From: an uncultured Methanomicrobiales archaeon
Lineage (GTDB): Archaea > Halobacteriota > Methanomicrobia > Methanomicrobiales > Methanospirillaceae
Reading direction: 5' to 3'
DNA: 64,000 bases
NCBI GenBank assembly: GCA_963697895.1
Contig: OY969100.1
Coordinates: 928,001 to 992,000, forward strand
Shown here piece by piece: positions 62,651 to 64,000 of the stretch. The notes below the pieces were generated by a model. It had not been told where the DNA came from. It worked only from the letters and a program-made list of their open reading frames with translations, and did not search any database. The position numbers were made by a program, and so were the translations under genes. Position 1 is the first letter of the stretch. Every line of letters starts with the position of its first letter.

Positions 62651-64000
62651 TCATTCCTCCAGTGTCGAGATGTCCCCAGGGTCGATCCCCAGTTCCTTTG
62701 CCTTGAGAACCCTCCGCATGATCTTCCCGCTCCTCGTCTTCGGGAGCTTTTCTGCGAATTCAATCTCCTGGGGAACGGCAATCGGCCCGATGGTCATCCT
62801 CACGTGGTACATGAGTTCCTGCACGAGTTTCTCACCCGGCTGATTTCCGACCCTGAGAATGACAAAGGCCTTTATACTGTTTCCTTTCACCGCATCGGGC
62901 TTCCCGATCACCGCCGCTTCCGCAACCGCGGGATGGGAGACGAGTGCGCTCTCCACTTCAGCGGTGCCGATGTTATGCCCGGAGACGATGATGACGTCGT
63001 CAGCGCGTCCGATGACCATGATATACCCGTCCTTGTCCTTAACGGCAAGATCACCGGCGGTATAACAGCCCGGTATCGTATACCAGTATTTCCGGTATCG
63101 TTCGTCATTCTGGTAGACCGTGCGAAACATCGCGGGCCAGGGGGATTTGATCACCAGGAAACCGCCGGTGCCGGGCTTAACCGGTTTACCCTCCTTGTCG
63201 ACCACATCCACCTCGACCCCGGGGATGGCCTTCCCCGCAAATCCGGGGCGCATCGGCTCCCCGACCATGGTGGTTATCATCTGCATGCCCGTCTCGGTCT
63301 GCCACCAGGTGTCCACGATCGGGCACTTTTTCTTCCCGATGACATGGTAATACCACTCGAACGCTTCCGGGTTGAGCGGTTCACCGACCGATCCGATAAT
63401 GCGTAAAGAGCTCAGGTCGTACCGGTCGGGCCACGTTTCACCGAATTTCATGAATGCCCGGATCGCGGTGGGTGCCGTATAGAAGATGTTGATCTGTTCT
63501 TCTTCGATCAATCTCCACCAGGCACCCGGGTCCGGATAATCCGGTGTCGTCTCGCTGATGAAGACGGTCGAGCCGACGGCGAGCGGGCCGTATACGATGT
63601 AGCTGTGGCCCGTAATCCACCCGGGATCTGCCGTGCACCAGAATATATCGTTCTCCTTGAGATCGAAGACATATTTACTCGTGTAGTACGTCCCGACCAT
63701 GTACCCCGCACAGGTATGCACCACGCCTTTTGGCGGGCCGGTCGAACCGCTCGTGTAGAGCATGAAGAGGGGGTCCTCGGCGTCCATCATCTGCGGCGGA
63801 CATACCCGCTCTGCCTCCCCCATGATCTCCGAGAAATCCAGCTCGAATCCGGGCTGGAGTTCGACCAGGGGCTCTTTTCTCCTGAGCACGATCACGTGGT
63901 CGACCGTCGGGGCGTCGACGATCGCTTCATCAACGATCGACTTCAGCTGGATGGCTTTGCCCCTCCGGAGGCTCACGTCTGCGGTGATGACCACTTTTGC
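62651..64000 (-). CDS. acsA: Acetyl-CoA synthetase (5' truncated by window)
   Basis: YTSGSTGPPKG, ADPGWITGHSY, DTWWQTETG, LPKTRSGKIMRR. Confidence 0.94.
   Translation of the reverse strand, partial: AKVVITADVSLRRGKAIQLKSIVDEAIVDAPTVDHVIVLRRKEPLVELQPGFELDFSEIMGEAERVCPPQMMDAEDPLFMLYTSGSTGPPKGVVHTCAGYMVGTYYTSKYVFDLKENDIFWCTADPGWITGHSYIVYGPLAVGSTVFISETTPDYPDPGAWWRLIEEEQINIFYTAPTAIRAFMKFGETWPDRYDLSSLRIIGSVGEPLNPEAFEWYYHVIGKKKCPIVDTWWQTETGMQMITTMVGEPMRPGFAGKAIPGVEVDVVDKEGKPVKPGTGGFLVIKSPWPAMFRTVYQNDERYRKYWYTIPGCYTAGDLAVKDKDGYIMVIGRADDVIIVSGHNIGTAEVESALVSHPAVAEAAVIGKPDAVKGNSIKAFVILRVGNQPGEKLVQELMYHVRMTIGPIAVPQEIEFAEKLPKTRSGKIMRRVLKAKELGIDPGDISTLEE

Overview
This is a GC-rich archaeal chromosome segment, most likely from a Methanomicrobiales methanogen (Methanoregula/Methanolinea-like). 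That call is inferred from the PEGA/PKD surface proteins, the HTH-PAS regulator, the NifI-type P-II pair with an NrpR box, TATA/BRE promoters and oligo-T terminators. Housekeeping content: a CopB-type P-type ATPase, tRNA-Gly(GCC), a sirC-hemA-hemB-hemL-hemC-cobA tetrapyrrole operon, hisD, an ABC exporter, a ZIP transporter, two acyl/acetyl-CoA synthetases, an OFA-type MFS transporter and many secreted repeat proteins. Four regions stand out. (1) An unannotated six-gene operon at 12660-14748 encodes a stand-alone CDC48-N-like barrel with 11-mer amphipathic repeats, a TM coiled-coil protein, three paralogous coiled-coil proteins and an 8-Cys FYVE-like zinc finger. (2) An AT-rich island at about 47700-52290 carries two coupled STAND-like NTPases, one with a long TPR array, and is a candidate defence system. 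(3) A receptor-like diadenylate cyclase (three extracellular PKD-like repeats, a TM helix and a DAC domain) abuts that island. (4) An orphan nifI1-nifI2 pair with a perfect NrpR operator lies in a 2.76-kb block bounded by a duplicated gene end. About nine single-base indels in otherwise intact genes suggest unpolished long-read sequence, so apparent frameshifts and fusions should be treated with caution. All family assignments come from motif recognition by eye; no database searches were run.
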